64,000 nt of DNA from an uncultured Enterobacteriaceae bacterium (GCA_964560875.1 CAZLMW010000025.1:812-64811); one strand, 5' to 3'; shown: positions 28,579 to 39,900, counted from the first letter of the stretch. Numbers and translations are program-made. Notes: generated by a model from the sequence alone, not told the origin.

Positions 28579-31500
28579 ATGATGAACCGTCCAAGCGCCC
28601 GCCCTGAGCTCGCGGGCTCATGGCTTCGTACGATCGTTCCGATCGCTGTTGCTGCAGCGCTCGCGGTCGCGTGTTCGGACGAACCGGGCGAGGAGTCGAC
28701 TCCCGCCAACGACACGCTGGTCTTCAACGTCCCGGATGCGGGGCCGAATTTCACCGGCGACGATGTGGTCGAAGCCGATGTCGCCGACTCCAACCAACAG
28801 GTCGATGACGCCGACGCGGCCGCCGACACTGGCCCGATCAAGTGCGACGACCCGGGCGGGTGGGGATGTCCGTGCAAGGGCAATGCCGACTGCAACAGCG
28901 GCTACTGCGTCGAAACGGCCGAAGGCAAACAGTGCAGCAAGCTGTGCGTCGAAGACTGCCCGGGCGACTGGCAATGCGTCGGAGTCAAGGGTTCCACCGG
29001 CGATCTGACGTTCATCTGCGCGGCGCCGTACGTGACCCTGTGCCGGCCCTGCGCCAAGGACGGTGATTGCGAGCAGTTGGGCGCGGAAATCGGCGTTCAC
29101 CGCTGCATTCCCATCGACGGTCCCGACGGCAGCCTGGTCGGCTCGTTCTGCGGCTACGGATGCGCGAACGGAGGCAACTGCCCGACCGGGTTCTCGTGCA
29201 CGAAGCTGTCGATCGGCGGCAGCACGATTGAACAATGCAGGCCCGACAACGGCACGTGCAGCTGCAGCAAGCAGGCGACGGCGGGCGGATTTGCGACCAA
29301 GTGCACGACGAAGAACGCGTTTGGAACCTGCGGCGGTCAGCGAACCTGCACCGACAAGGGACTCTCGGCTTGCGACGCGCCCGTCCCGGCGACCGAGGTG
29401 TGCGATGGCAAGGACAACGACTGCGACGGCGAGACCGATGAGGGCTACATCCACAACGACTTCGGCGTGACCAAACCCATCGGAAAACCATGCGGAGCGG
29501 GCGCGTGTGCCGGCGGCGAGGTCGTTTGCGCCAAGGACGGGAAGGCGGCGATTTGCAGTACCGGCGGCGGCAACGTCGAGCTCTGCGATGGGGCGGACAA
29601 CGACTGTGACGGCGCCACGGACGAGGCCAACGAGCTCGATCCGAAAGCGGCCAAGTGTTTCGACAAAGGCGTCTGCGCCGCTGGCGGGGCCAAGGCCACG
29701 TGCATCAAGGGGTCGTGGTCGTGCGACTACGCCGGGGTCAAGCTGTACGAAGCCACGACCGAAGTGTCGTGCGACGGCAAGGACAACGACTGCGATGGGA
29801 GCACGGACGAAGACTTCACCGTCGGCGCTGGCGGCAAGAAGCTGCCGGTCGGAGCGGCGTGTGGCGGCATCGGCATCTGCAAGAAAGGCATCGTCGAGTG
29901 CAAAGACGGTGTCGCGGGCGTGGCGGTCTGTTCAACCGGGGCGGGCGGCAGCAATGACGGCAGCAAGGGCGAGCGGTGCAACGATCTCGATGACGATTGC
30001 GACGGTGAGGTCGACGAGGGGTGCGACGACGACGGCGACGGCTTCTGCGACGTGCTCATGAAGATGGAAGGCGCGCCCAAGATCTGCGGCCAGGGCGGCG
30101 GCGACTGCGACGACAACAACAAGTTCGTCAATCCCGGCGCGACCGAGCTTTGCGACAACATCGACAACGACTGCAAGGCCGGCATCGACGATGGCTGCGA
30201 CGTCGACGGGGACGGCCACTGCTCCGACAAGATGACGATTGTGGGCAACCCATCGGTCTGCAAGAAGCTTGGCTTTGACTGCAACGACAAGGACAAGGCG
30301 ATTCATCCTGGCGCCAAAGAGGTCTGCGACGGGATCGACAACGACTGCAACGGCCAGGTGGACGCCGCGGATCTCAAGCTCAAGGACGTCGCGCCCAAGT
30401 GCGGCAATCAAAAGGGCGTCTGTGCCGGGTCGCTGCGACCTGCGAGCAAGTGCAACAACGGCAAGTGGCTCGCTTGCGATACGGCGGCGTATTTCGCCCA
30501 TCACGGTGCGTACGAAAACGCGCAATCTGAAAAGAGCTGTGACGGCGCCGACAACAACTGCGACGGCAAGATCGACGAGGGCTGTGACGACGACGGCGAC
30601 GGCCATTGCGACGCGGCCAAGGACACCAAGGGCGACCCGAAAATCTGCCCAAAAGGCGGCGGAGACTGTAACGACAAGGATGCTAAGGTCCATCCGGACG
30701 CCGTCGAGCTGTGCAACGGCAAAGACGACGACTGCAACAAGCTCGTGGACGCGAGCGACCCGAAGCTCGCCGCCAAACGGCCTCCATGCGAGAACCAAAA
30801 GGGTGTGTGCAAGGGCGCGCTCAAGCCCGTGTCGCTGTGCAAGAAGGGCAAGTGGAAGGCGTGCACCGATACCGAATACAGCAAGCATTCGCCGTTTCAC
30901 GAGCTCGGCCTGAGCGACCAGACCTGCGACGACATCGATAACAACTGCAACGGCAAGATCGACGAGGGCTGCGACGTCGATGGCGATGGCTCGTGCGGCA
31001 AGCTCAAGAAGGTGAAGGGGACGCCGAAGGTCTGTCCCAAGGGCGGCGGCGACTGCAACGACAACAACAAGGCGGTCAATCCGCACGCGCCCGAGGTGTG
31101 CGACAAGGCTTTCGTCGACGAAAACTGCAACGGAAAGGTGGGTGAGGCCGGCGCCAAGGGGTGCACCAGCTACTACTACGACGGCGACTCCGATGGCTAC
31201 GGGTCCAAGGGCTCAACGCCGATCTGCCTGTGCCAACCCGACGCCGTGAAGAAGCTGACCGCGCTCAAGTCCGACGACTGCAACGACGGCAACTTCAACG
31301 TCAATCCCGGCGCCAAAGAGACGTGCGCGACGGCCGGTGACGACAACTGCAACAACAAGGCGCAGGAGCTCGGCGCCGCGGGCTGCAAGATCTATTGGTA
31401 CGACCCTGACTTCGACGGTTTTGGCAGCGTCACCCACCCGCCGCGATGCCAGTGCTACCCCGACGCACAGACCAAGTACACGGCGACCAAACCCGGCGAC

Positions 31501-32724
31501 TGCGACGACGGCAAGGGCAACATCGGGCCCAACAAGACCGAGACATGCGCGACGCCGTTCGACGACAACTGCGACGGGAGCGACAACGACATCAACGCGA
31601 TCGGGTGCACGAAATTCTACGTCGACGCCGACAAAGACGGCTATGGCAAGAAGGGCAGCAACGCCGTCTGCATGTGCAAACCCATCGTGGCGAGCAACTT
31701 CACCGCGAAGAACAACAAGGACTGCAACGACGGCAACAAGAACGTGAAGCCGGGGGTCAAAGATACGTGCAAGACACCGGGCGTGGACGACAACTGCGAC
31801 GGCAAGACAGACCCGGAGAACTCGACCGGCTGCAAGAAATTGTACTACGACGGCGACGGCGACGGGTGGGGTGTCGGCGCGGCTCGGTGTTTCTGCAACT
31901 CACTCCCTCAGCTCAAGTTCACAGCGACGAAGGCCGGCGATTGCGACGACAAGGTCAAGACGCGGCGCCCAGGCGCGCCCGAGCTCTGCAACGGAATCGA
32001 CGACGACTGCGACAAAGTGGCCGACGAGGGGGCATCCAACTCGTGCAAGAAGGTGTCCGGGGCTGGCGTTATCTGCTCGGGCGGCAAGTGCAAGGTGAAC
32101 ACGTGCGGGTTCGGTTGGTTTGACGTCGACGGCAGCTACGCCAACGGCTGTGAGTGCAGGGCCGATGCGTACTACCTCGCGAAGAAGGGCAACTCCTGCA
32201 AGTCGGCTGTTGCCATCGCGACGGTCCCCGACAACGGCACCGTGCGGTACGTCGGCGGCAACATCATGCTGGGCGAATCGGGCGACTGGTATCGCGTCCA
32301 CGCGCAGGACCTGACCGATTCGGGCTCGTCGCGCTGCGATCGGTTCAACTTCACCGCCAAGCTGACCAGCAACCCGGGCAGCCAATTCCGGCTCGACATG
32401 TACCGCGGCACCTGCTCAGGCAGCGGGCTGCACTGCGCTGGCCAGACAACCGCCGGCTGGACGACGCGCTTTTACGGGCTTCCCTACGGTCCCCATCACA
32501 AGACGGGCACGGTCCGCGGACTGCACCGCAAGAGCCCCAACCCGCCGCGCGCTGGTGAATGCAAGTGCACGACGTCCAACGCCAGTGGCCAGAGCGGACC
32601 TGGACTGCCGGGGCTGAATATGTGCAGCAACAACTCGGCGACGTTCTACATCCGCGTGTACCGAAAGCCGGGTGCGAAGGCGACTTGTCAGAATTACACG
32701 CTCGCCGTCAGCAACGGCAAATAG
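28579..32724 (+). CDS. Giant Cys-rich lipoprotein with putative metal-binding (MopE-like) E.CDG.DNDCDG repeats and a C-terminal PPC-like beta-sandwich
   Basis: Lipobox LAVAC. Many ExCDGxDNDCDGxxDEG and YYDxDxDGYG units, roughly 115-120 Cys by eye count, and C-terminal DWYRV...FYIRVYR...YTLAV. Confidence 0.9.
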   Translation: MMNRPSARPELAGSWLRTIVPIAVAAALAVACSDEPGEESTPANDTLVFNVPDAGPNFTGDDVVEADVADSNQQVDDADAAADTGPIKCDDPGGWGCPCKGNADCNSGYCVETAEGKQCSKLCVEDCPGDWQCVGVKGSTGDLTFICAAPYVTLCRPCAKDGDCEQLGAEIGVHRCIPIDGPDGSLVGSFCGYGCANGGNCPTGFSCTKLSIGGSTIEQCRPDNGTCSCSKQATAGGFATKCTTKNAFGTCGGQRTCTDKGLSACDAPVPATEVCDGKDNDCDGETDEGYIHNDFGVTKPIGKPCGAGACAGGEVVCAKDGKAAICSTGGGNVELCDGADNDCDGATDEANELDPKAAKCFDKGVCAAGGAKATCIKGSWSCDYAGVKLYEATTEVSCDGKDNDCDGSTDEDFTVGAGGKKLPVGAACGGIGICKKGIVECKDGVAGVAVCSTGAGGSNDGSKGERCNDLDDDCDGEVDEGCDDDGDGFCDVLMKMEGAPKICGQGGGDCDDNNKFVNPGATELCDNIDNDCKAGIDDGCDVDGDGHCSDKMTIVGNPSVCKKLGFDCNDKDKAIHPGAKEVCDGIDNDCNGQVDAADLKLKDVAPKCGNQKGVCAGSLRPASKCNNGKWLACDTAAYFAHHGAYENAQSEKSCDGADNNCDGKIDEGCDDDGDGHCDAAKDTKGDPKICPKGGGDCNDKDAKVHPDAVELCNGKDDDCNKLVDASDPKLAAKRPPCENQKGVCKGALKPVSLCKKGKWKACTDTEYSKHSPFHELGLSDQTCDDIDNNCNGKIDEGCDVDGDGSCGKLKKVKGTPKVCPKGGGDCNDNNKAVNPHAPEVCDKAFVDENCNGKVGEAGAKGCTSYYYDGDSDGYGSKGSTPICLCQPDAVKKLTALKSDDCNDGNFNVNPGAKETCATAGDDNCNNKAQELGAAGCKIYWYDPDFDGFGSVTHPPRCQCYPDAQTKYTATKPGDCDDGKGNIGPNKTETCATPFDDNCDGSDNDINAIGCTKFYVDADKDGYGKKGSNAVCMCKPIVASNFTAKNNKDCNDGNKNVKPGVKDTCKTPGVDDNCDGKTDPENSTGCKKLYYDGDGDGWGVGAARCFCNSLPQLKFTATKAGDCDDKVKTRRPGAPELCNGIDDDCDKVADEGASNSCKKVSGAGVICSGGKCKVNTCGFGWFDVDGSYANGCECRADAYYLAKKGNSCKSAVAIATVPDNGTVRYVGGNIMLGESGDWYRVHAQDLTDSGSSRCDRFNFTAKLTSNPGSQFRLDMYRGTCSGSGLHCAGQTTAGWTTRFYGLPYGPHHKTGTVRGLHRKSPNPPRAGECKCTTSNASGQSGPGLPGLNMCSNNSATFYIRVYRKPGAKATCQNYTLAVSNGK

Positions 32725-32730
32725 GGCCTT

Positions 32731-32913
32731 GATCATCGTTGCGTCCGTTCGGACTCCACGACGATGGTCTCGGTTGTTGTTTCGTTGAGGGGCCGACGCC
32801 AGGCCCCTGGTGCCAAAAAAGTGTCATTTTTCGGCACCTTCCCACAGCGTGCGGCGCACTTGCGCCTTGCGTACCTCGGCCTCTCATCTCGGTCCGTGGA
32901 CCAAACGATGATC
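32731..32913. ncRNA. Candidate structured intergenic element (ncRNA or MITE-like), 183 bp
   Basis: Termini GATCATCGTT (32731-32740) and AACGATGATC (32904-32913) are a perfect inverted repeat, extended by GTCC/GGAC and CGGAC/GTCCG pairings. Internal hairpins at 32788-32808, 32809-32838 and 32853-32866. It lies between convergent genes. Confidence 0.3.
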
Positions 32914-32966
32914 GCCGCCGTAAACAGCCAGCATAGCCAGCATTCGCCGGACGCTCCCCGCGCGGT

Positions 32967-33674
32967 TCATTCTCGGCGCGATGACGCCGCGTCCACGTCA
33001 TAGTCGCCGTGTCGGTGCGGGGCCTGGAGCTGCTCGCGACCGATGAGTTTGCTGCGGATCCGCTCGACGATAACGCCGATAGCGACCGCGTTGTTGCCGC
33101 CCTCGGGGATGATGAGGTCGGCCTTGGACTTGCTCGGCTCGACGAACGCGATGTGCATCGGTCGGACGGTCTCGTAGTACTGCTGGCGGACCTCTTCGAA
33201 CGTTCGGCCTCGCATCCGCATGTCGCGACGCACGCGGCGGAGGACGCGAATATCGGGCGGGGTATCGACGAACAGGCGCACGTCCATCCGCTCGGTCAGG
33301 GCGGGGTCAGCGAAGATCAAGATACCTTCGATGAGCACGATGGGCGTTGCATCGACGGACTTGGTCGGCTCTTTGCGCAGGTGTGTGACGAAGTCGTATT
33401 CGGGCATCTCGACGCTGCCGCCGGCGATGAGCGTGTCGAGCTGTTCGATCAAGAGCCCGTTGTCGAGGCTGTCGGGGTGGTCGTAGTTGACGGCGCGTCG
33501 TTCGGCGTCGTTCAGATCGGGCCGATGGCGGTAGTATGCGTCGTGTTGGATGTGTGTGACATCGCCCGGTCGGAAGCTGCCCACGATGCGCTGGGCAACC
33601 GTGGTTTTGCCGCTGCCAGAACCGCCAGCGATGCCGATCACGAGGGGCTTGTCGAGGGCTGCGTGGTCGTTCAT
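32967..33674 (-). CDS. udk: Uridine kinase
   Basis: GIAGGSGSGKTT P-loop, NYDHPDS, YDFVTHLR, RRVRRD...RGR and FVEPSK..AD.IIP. Confidence 0.97.
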   Translation of the reverse strand: MNDHAALDKPLVIGIAGGSGSGKTTVAQRIVGSFRPGDVTHIQHDAYYRHRPDLNDAERRAVNYDHPDSLDNGLLIEQLDTLIAGGSVEMPEYDFVTHLRKEPTKSVDATPIVLIEGILIFADPALTERMDVRLFVDTPPDIRVLRRVRRDMRMRGRTFEEVRQQYYETVRPMHIAFVEPSKSKADLIIPEGGNNAVAIGVIVERIRSKLIGREQLQAPHRHGDYDVDAASSRRE

Positions 33675-33720
33675 GGGCCGATGTATAGCGCCGCGAGAAG
33701 TGTCCGGCTATACCCCGTGC

Positions 33721-34575
33721 GTGCCTCCGCTTTGCCACACCGTTCTTGCGCCGCCATCGGCGGTTGGAAGTCGTTGCGCTGCGACCCTTTGGTTGCTCCA
33801 TGGGATCCTTGGATCTCGCCGAAATTGGCGGAGTTTTGGGCGCCGGCTCGCCGCGGCGGAGCGCGTCAACGTTGTTACGATCGATCTGCGCGGTCATGGT
33901 GACAACGACACCCGCCCTGCCCCGCACACGCTCGCGTCATGCGCCGATGATCTGGACGAATTGGCAGCCGCGATCGGTCCGCCAGACGTCATTTGTGGTC
34001 ACTCCTTTGGCGGGAAAGTGGCGATCTGCTGGGCCGCTCGGGCTCCCGAACGCCTGCGCGAAGCTTGGATCCTCGACAGCCCGCCCGGCGCCGGTGCCAC
34101 GCTGCCCGGCCAGATCACCCGGCTCATCGATGTGCTGTGGTCGATTCAGACGCCGGTCGCCGCGCGTGCCGAGGTTGCCGACATGCTGTTAGCCGCCGGA
34201 TTCCCCCGGTCGATCGCAGGCTGGATGACGACCAATCTCAAGCGCGTGCCCGCCTCCGAACTCCAAGGCGGCGGTTTGGTCTGGCGCTTTGACCTCGACG
34301 TCATCGCCGAGCTGCTCGCCGATTATTTCCGCGTCGATGCGTGGCCGATGCTCGCCGATCCGTCCTGGCGCGTTCGGCGACGGCTGCTGCGAGGCGCTCT
34401 GTCGGATCGATTCGACGCGCAAGCGGTCGCCAGGCTCGACGCACTCGACAGCGACGGGCTCGTCCACCACGCTGTCCTGGCCGACGCCGGACACTGGGTG
34501 CATGTCGACAACCCGACGGGCCTGCTCGCGTGGATGGCGACGGCGTGCAAGGAGTTGCCTGGTGACGACGCTTAG
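33721..34575 (+). CDS. Alpha/beta-fold hydrolase (YbfF/ABHD11-like esterase)
   Basis: LHGILGS..NW, DLRGHG, GHSFGG nucleophile elbow and AGHWVH. Start GTG 33721 inferred. Confidence 0.9.
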   Translation: MPPLCHTVLAPPSAVGSRCAATLWLLHGILGSRRNWRSFGRRLAAAERVNVVTIDLRGHGDNDTRPAPHTLASCADDLDELAAAIGPPDVICGHSFGGKVAICWAARAPERLREAWILDSPPGAGATLPGQITRLIDVLWSIQTPVAARAEVADMLLAAGFPRSIAGWMTTNLKRVPASELQGGGLVWRFDLDVIAELLADYFRVDAWPMLADPSWRVRRRLLRGALSDRFDAQAVARLDALDSDGLVHHAVLADAGHWVHVDNPTGLLAWMATACKELPGDDA

Positions 34576-35845
34576 CCAGAGCCGCCCGCTGCGGTTGGCG
34601 ACACTGTGCGTGCTCTATTTCGCGCAGGGCGTGCCCTATGGTTTCGTGGCGATCACCCTACGAGCCTTCTTCACGGCCGGCGGGATGAGCCCCGAGACGC
34701 TCGGGATGTTCATCGCCATCGCCCATGCTCCGTGGGCATTCAAGCCCGCGTGGGCGCCGATCATCGACACCCTGCGGATGCCGTCGCTCGGGCAACGCAG
34801 ACCGTGGATCCTCGTCGCGCAGGTCATGATGACGCTGACAGTGGCGGCCATGCTCACCATCGACGAGCTCGCTGCCGAGATTGTGCTGCTCGGCTGGTTG
34901 GTGGCGATTCACAACACCTTCAGCGCCCTGCAAGACGTTGCCACCGACGCCATGGCGATCGAGCTCCTGCACGCCGACGAACAAGGCCGCGCGAACGGGT
35001 TCATGTACGGCTCCAAGGTCCTCGGTGCGGCCGTTGGTGGCAGCGGCCTTGCGCACATCGCGGACAGCTACAGCATGTCGATGGCGCTGGTCATGTTGAC
35101 CGCCATGATGTGTGCCGCCGCTGCGTTCCCCGCCGTTGTGCGCGAGCGACCCGGCGATCGACTCTTTCCGTGGTCGCCCGGAAAAACACAGGCCGTCACG
35201 TCCGACACATCCACCCGCCTTGCGACGCTCTTCTTCGGCCTGCCCCGGGCGTTCTCGATGCGTTCGACAGTGCTCGGTGGCGCATTCGCTGTCGGCGCGT
35301 ACCTCGGCGCAGGCGTGCTCTCCATCGTGGGCGCCGTGCTCTACATCGAACGGCTCGGATGGTCCAAGACGATGCACGCCGACTGGACGACCTGGGGCAT
35401 GGTCGTTGGCGTCTTCGGGTCGATTCTCGGTGGCTGGGCCGCTGATCGCATCGGGCCGCGCCGCGTAATGGCGATCGCCACATGCTGCCTTGGTGGCTCG
35501 TGGGTCGTCTTCGGCCTGTCCCAGCAACTGTGGTCTCAGCAGTGGTTCGCCGGTGGCCTTATCGTCGTCGAAGCCGTCTTCCTGTACGCGTTGACGGCGG
35601 GCGCGTTGGCGCTCTTCATGCGCTTGTCATGGCCGGTCGTCGCCGCGACGCAGTTCACCATCTACATGGCGTTGTTCAACTTCTCGACGACGGTTGGCAG
35701 CGGATTGGGGGGATGGCTTAGCGCGCACGTTTCGTACCCGACGCTGTTCGTCACCGCGGGGCTGCTGCAGTGCGCGCTCCTGCTAGTCCTGCCGTGGATC
35801 GATGTCGACCAGACGGCGCGGGAGCTCGGGCCGCAGAGCGCTTAG
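34562..35845 (+). CDS. ampG: AmpG-like MFS permease (muropeptide/siderophore transporter family)
   Basis: LYFAQGVPYG, KPAWAPIID, RRPWIL..Q and ALQDVATDA motifs with about 12 TM segments. The GTG start overlaps the hydrolase 3' end. Confidence 0.82.
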   Translation: MTTLSQSRPLRLATLCVLYFAQGVPYGFVAITLRAFFTAGGMSPETLGMFIAIAHAPWAFKPAWAPIIDTLRMPSLGQRRPWILVAQVMMTLTVAAMLTIDELAAEIVLLGWLVAIHNTFSALQDVATDAMAIELLHADEQGRANGFMYGSKVLGAAVGGSGLAHIADSYSMSMALVMLTAMMCAAAAFPAVVRERPGDRLFPWSPGKTQAVTSDTSTRLATLFFGLPRAFSMRSTVLGGAFAVGAYLGAGVLSIVGAVLYIERLGWSKTMHADWTTWGMVVGVFGSILGGWAADRIGPRRVMAIATCCLGGSWVVFGLSQQLWSQQWFAGGLIVVEAVFLYALTAGALALFMRLSWPVVAATQFTIYMALFNFSTTVGSGLGGWLSAHVSYPTLFVTAGLLQCALLLVLPWIDVDQTARELGPQSA

Positions 35846-36779
35846 CTTTCTTGGCGGTGGCGATCTTGGATCCCGGCCCCTGCGTCTGAAGCCACGGCTG
35901 GCCGCTGAACAGGCGCGTTACGCGATACTTGACGCGTTCCCAGACGATGTCGCCACCCAGGGCGGTCAGGTGGTAGCCATCGCGGGCGCGACGCGGCTCC
36001 TTGCGCTCGATCGGATCGGCGATGTGCATGGAGTCCCCGCTCGCCGAGACAGCCACACCGCACTTGCTGGCCCGCGCTCCTTCGATCTGCAGGCGGCGGA
36101 CGCGAACCAAGCGCTTCTGGAGGCTCTCCCAGCGGACGTCGGCGGGCGTCAAGATGGCCACATGCGGCGCTCCGAGCGCGCACAGCGCGTTGATCAGCAT
36201 GGTGACGCGTTCGCGGTACTTGTCGTGCCATCCGGACTGGTGAAACCGAATCCACTTGTCGCGGGTCTTGCGCTCGTGCGGGTAGAGCCAGATGCCCTGC
36301 GGGTCGTTGACGCCGACATAAACGATGACGCCGGCTGTCTTGTCGCCGATGGGCAGGTCGGTGATCGCGTCAAACCAGTCGTAGTAGTCCAAGCGCGACA
36401 AGCCGCTCGCCGAACGTCCCCAACGCGTCGCCTTGAATCCGCTCCGCTCCAGGCCTGCGGAGAGGCGACGACCGAGCGCTCCTTTCACCGAAGACGAGCC
36501 GATGATGATCACTTCGTTGCGCCGTTCACGCTTTCGCAGCTCGATCAGCCGCGCCCGTTCCGCTGCGCGTTGCGCCTTCAATCTCTGTTCTTCTTCGCTG
36601 CCGACGCGGGCGTTTGTGTCGAGCTTCTTTTCGAGCGTCGTCGCGTCGTCGACCGCCACGGGTTTGGGCGCTGGATCGGCGAAAGCGGGCGCAATGACCA
36701 GCGTGCATGCCACCGAACAGACGAGCGCTACGAGCGTCGCGTACCGTCGGATTTGTGCTGGAGATACGTAGACTTGCAT
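35751..36779 (-). CDS. Secreted SGNH-hydrolase-like protein (DUF459 family)
   Basis: Signal peptide ending in PAFA; IIGSSS (block I), SGLSRLDYYDW, VGVND (block III) and DGYH (block V). Confidence 0.8.
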   Translation of the reverse strand: MQVYVSPAQIRRYATLVALVCSVACTLVIAPAFADPAPKPVAVDDATTLEKKLDTNARVGSEEEQRLKAQRAAERARLIELRKRERRNEVIIIGSSSVKGALGRRLSAGLERSGFKATRWGRSASGLSRLDYYDWFDAITDLPIGDKTAGVIVYVGVNDPQGIWLYPHERKTRDKWIRFHQSGWHDKYRERVTMLINALCALGAPHVAILTPADVRWESLQKRLVRVRRLQIEGARASKCGVAVSASGDSMHIADPIERKEPRRARDGYHLTALGGDIVWERVKYRVTRLFSGQPWLQTQGPGSKIATAKKAKRSAARAPAPSGRHRSTAGLAGARTAAAPR

Positions 36780-36931
36780 CAATTGCGAGAAGACAGGGTT
36801 GAGTGAATATGGCACCGCGCGCTACCGCCGAGCCTAGCACATCGACAATCGGCCATCACAAAGTCTCGATAATGCTGTTTTACTCTGCCGGTGGGGCAGG
36901 CATTCGGGGGGCTTCGTGGCATACTCCGGCG

Positions 36932-39900
36932 ATGACCGAGCAGCTCGGATCGTACGAGTTGGTGCGACGCATTGTGACCGGCGATACAGCCGATCTCTAC
37001 CTTGGCCGACGCCACGGCGCGGCCGGGTTTACGCGTGAGTGCGTCGTCAAACGGCTCCACCCGCAGCTCGCCGCCGACGACGCCGCCGTCCACAGCTTCC
37101 TGTTTGAAGCGCGACTGACAGCGACGCTCCAGCATCGGAATATCGCCCAGGTGCTCGATTTGGGCCGCATTGGCGGTGCGTACTACGCCGCTCTCGAGCT
37201 GATCGATGGGCCGGACCTCGAACGTGCCCTGCCCCGCGTGGACGCCAAGGACCCGCTGCGTCCCGATCTCGCCGCCTGGATCGTCGCGCGCGCCGCCGAT
37301 GGCGTCCATTTCGCTCATGAATTCCGCGACCCGCTCAGCGATGAGCCCCTCGAGCTCGTGCATGGCCACCTCAGCCCGCGTTCCATCGTCATTTCGCGGC
37401 AAGGCGACGTAAAATTGCACGGCTTTGGACGCCTCGGTTCCGGGCGCGCCCACAATCGGCCCGGGTACGCAGCTCCCGAGTTCGTCAACGGTGCGGTGGT
37501 CGATCGACGCGCTGATGTCTACGCGTTGGGCCTGCTCTTGCGCGCATTGACAGCCCACGACTCCGATCCCGGCCTGGAAGCCATCATCGGCAAAGCCACC
37601 GCCGATGATCCCCGGGATCGCTACGAGCATGCCGGCCACCTGGCAACCGCGCTGATGCGTTGGCTGATCATGGCCGGACAGCCCGACTGCACGGCCGCGC
37701 TTGGCCAGTGGGTGGCCGCCAACCTCGATGACCTGTGTCCCAGCTTCTCGGACACCAAGCCGGCGGGGAAGCGAGGCAAACGGCGCCGTCGCCGCGAAAC
37801 GCTGGAGCTGGACGGGCGCGAAATCACCTCCGAGATCTTCGAGTCGAGCCAGCACGCCATCCCGCGCCATAACCTGCCCGACGGCAAACCTCCACGCCTG
37901 TACGGTCGCACCGCTGAGCTGGGTCGTGTCGCGGATCATCTCGATGCCGGTGCAAGGGCGGTGGCGCTCGGAGGGGTGGCTGGCATCGGCAAGAGCCGCA
38001 TCGCCCGGTCGATCGCACGCAGCCACGTTGATGCTGGCGGGTCGGCGTGGGTCGTCGACCTCAGCGACGTCGCTACCGCCGAGGCCGCCGCCGGTCGCGT
38101 CGCCAATGCCCTCGGTGTCGGGATGTCCGGCAACACGACCAAGGACGCCGCGATCGCGCACATCGGACGCGCCCTGGCTCGAGCACCGTTGCCGCTCTTG
38201 GTCCTTGACGGCGTGGATCTGCTCGTCGATGACGCGCCCGGCGTGATCCCGCCACTGCTGTCCGAATGCCCGCCGCTGCGGATGCTCATCACGACACGTC
38301 GTCGCGTCCAGGTGGATGGCGTCGTCAGCGTCGTCGTTCAGCCTTTGTCGATCCCATCCGAGCCCCGAAAAGCCGCTCGGTCAGACGCGGTCCGCTTCTT
38401 CGTGTCGCGGGTGCGCCGCGTGCGCAAGGATTACCGCCCAAAACGCAGCGAAGTGACTACGATCGTTGGTATTCTGCGTCGCCTCGACGGGATTCCATTG
38501 GCGATCGAGCTGGCCGCCGCCGTCATGGCTGACTGCACCGCGCGCCAGCTCCTGCAGCGCCTCGAGACGCCGTCTGAGGTGCTCGAGGTCACCGGGCGTT
38601 CCAGCCGGGCTCGCATGGGCAAGCGCGCGCGGACCTTGCGCGACGCCATCGCGCTTTCTTGGACACAGCTATCAGACTCCGAGCGCGAAAACCTCCAGCA
38701 GTTGGTTGTCTTTCGGGGCGGTTTCGACGCCGAGGCTGTCGGGGCGGTGCTCGGCGAGGGCGTCGACGCATCCGCTGTGATCGACGGCCTTGTCGCCCAT
38801 TCGATGGTGCGCGAGGTCGATGAGACCCAGCGTTGGGGAGGCGACAAGGCCCGCAACGCAGCAAGCTCTCCCCGCCGGCCGCGGTTTGTCATGTTCGAGA
38901 GCGTGCGGGCATTTGTTTACGAGCAACCTGTCGATCCCGAGGCGCGCACGCTCACGCTGCAACGGCACGGCCGATACTACGTCGAGGAAGGCGAGCGCAA
39001 CGCTTCCCTGGTGACGACCCACGATGGTCCACCGGCCGTTGCGTGGCTCATGGACGACCGCGACAACCTCGCGGCGGTGCATCGACGCGCTCTCCGCGGC
39101 AAAGGGGAAGCCGAAGGTGGCGCCGAAACCGCCCTGCGTATCTGCCTGCTGCTGTCCCGCGTTATGATCCTGCGCGGCCCCAAGGCTACACTCATGGCGA
39201 TGTACGACGACGCGATCGACGCCCTGAACGGTCTCAGCACCACCGATGTCGCGCAGATGGATCAGACTTTGCTGGCGCGCTCATTGGCTCGCTACGCCGA
39301 GTACCAGGCGCTTGGCGGCAACGCTCGCGACGGCGAAAAATATGCCAAACGCGCCACGCAGATCGCCCGCGCAACCGGGGATATCGGCGCCATTGCGGCT
39401 GCGCACTATGGTCGTGGCGTGTGTTATCGGCTCAGCGGGCGAACCGAGCAGGCCATCGCCGCAACCACCCGCGCCCGATCCCTTGCGCAACGGGTCGAGG
39501 ACATCGCGCTCGAGGCCGAAGCGCTCAACATCACGGGCAGCGTCTACTACGACATGTGCGAGCGGAACGTCGCCGCGAAATGCTTCGTCGCCGCCCAGGC
39601 CGCCGCTCGGCACGTCGGACACGGCGAGCTGGTGGCGCAGCTCACGTGCAACCTCGGTTGCGTGTGCGTGGAACGTGGCAATACCGACCGCGCGCTCGCG
39701 TACTTCCACGAGGCGCTCGGCCAGGCCCGAACCGAAGGCGACATCCGCCTCGAAGGAAGCATCCACCTGTACATGGCGGTCGCGGCGCAGGAACGCGGCG
39801 ATATGGGCCTGTCGCGGATGCACTTTCAGCGCTCGATCGACCTGCTGGACAAGGTCGGATTCCGCCATCGCAAGGTCTACGTCGAGGGATTGCGGGCGTG

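Noticed and set aside
35751-35845. 95-nt convergent overlap of the ampG-like and DUF459-like genes as an antisense regulatory device
   Set aside because: It is most simply explained by stop-codon loss giving a low-complexity C-terminal extension. There is no other evidence for regulation.
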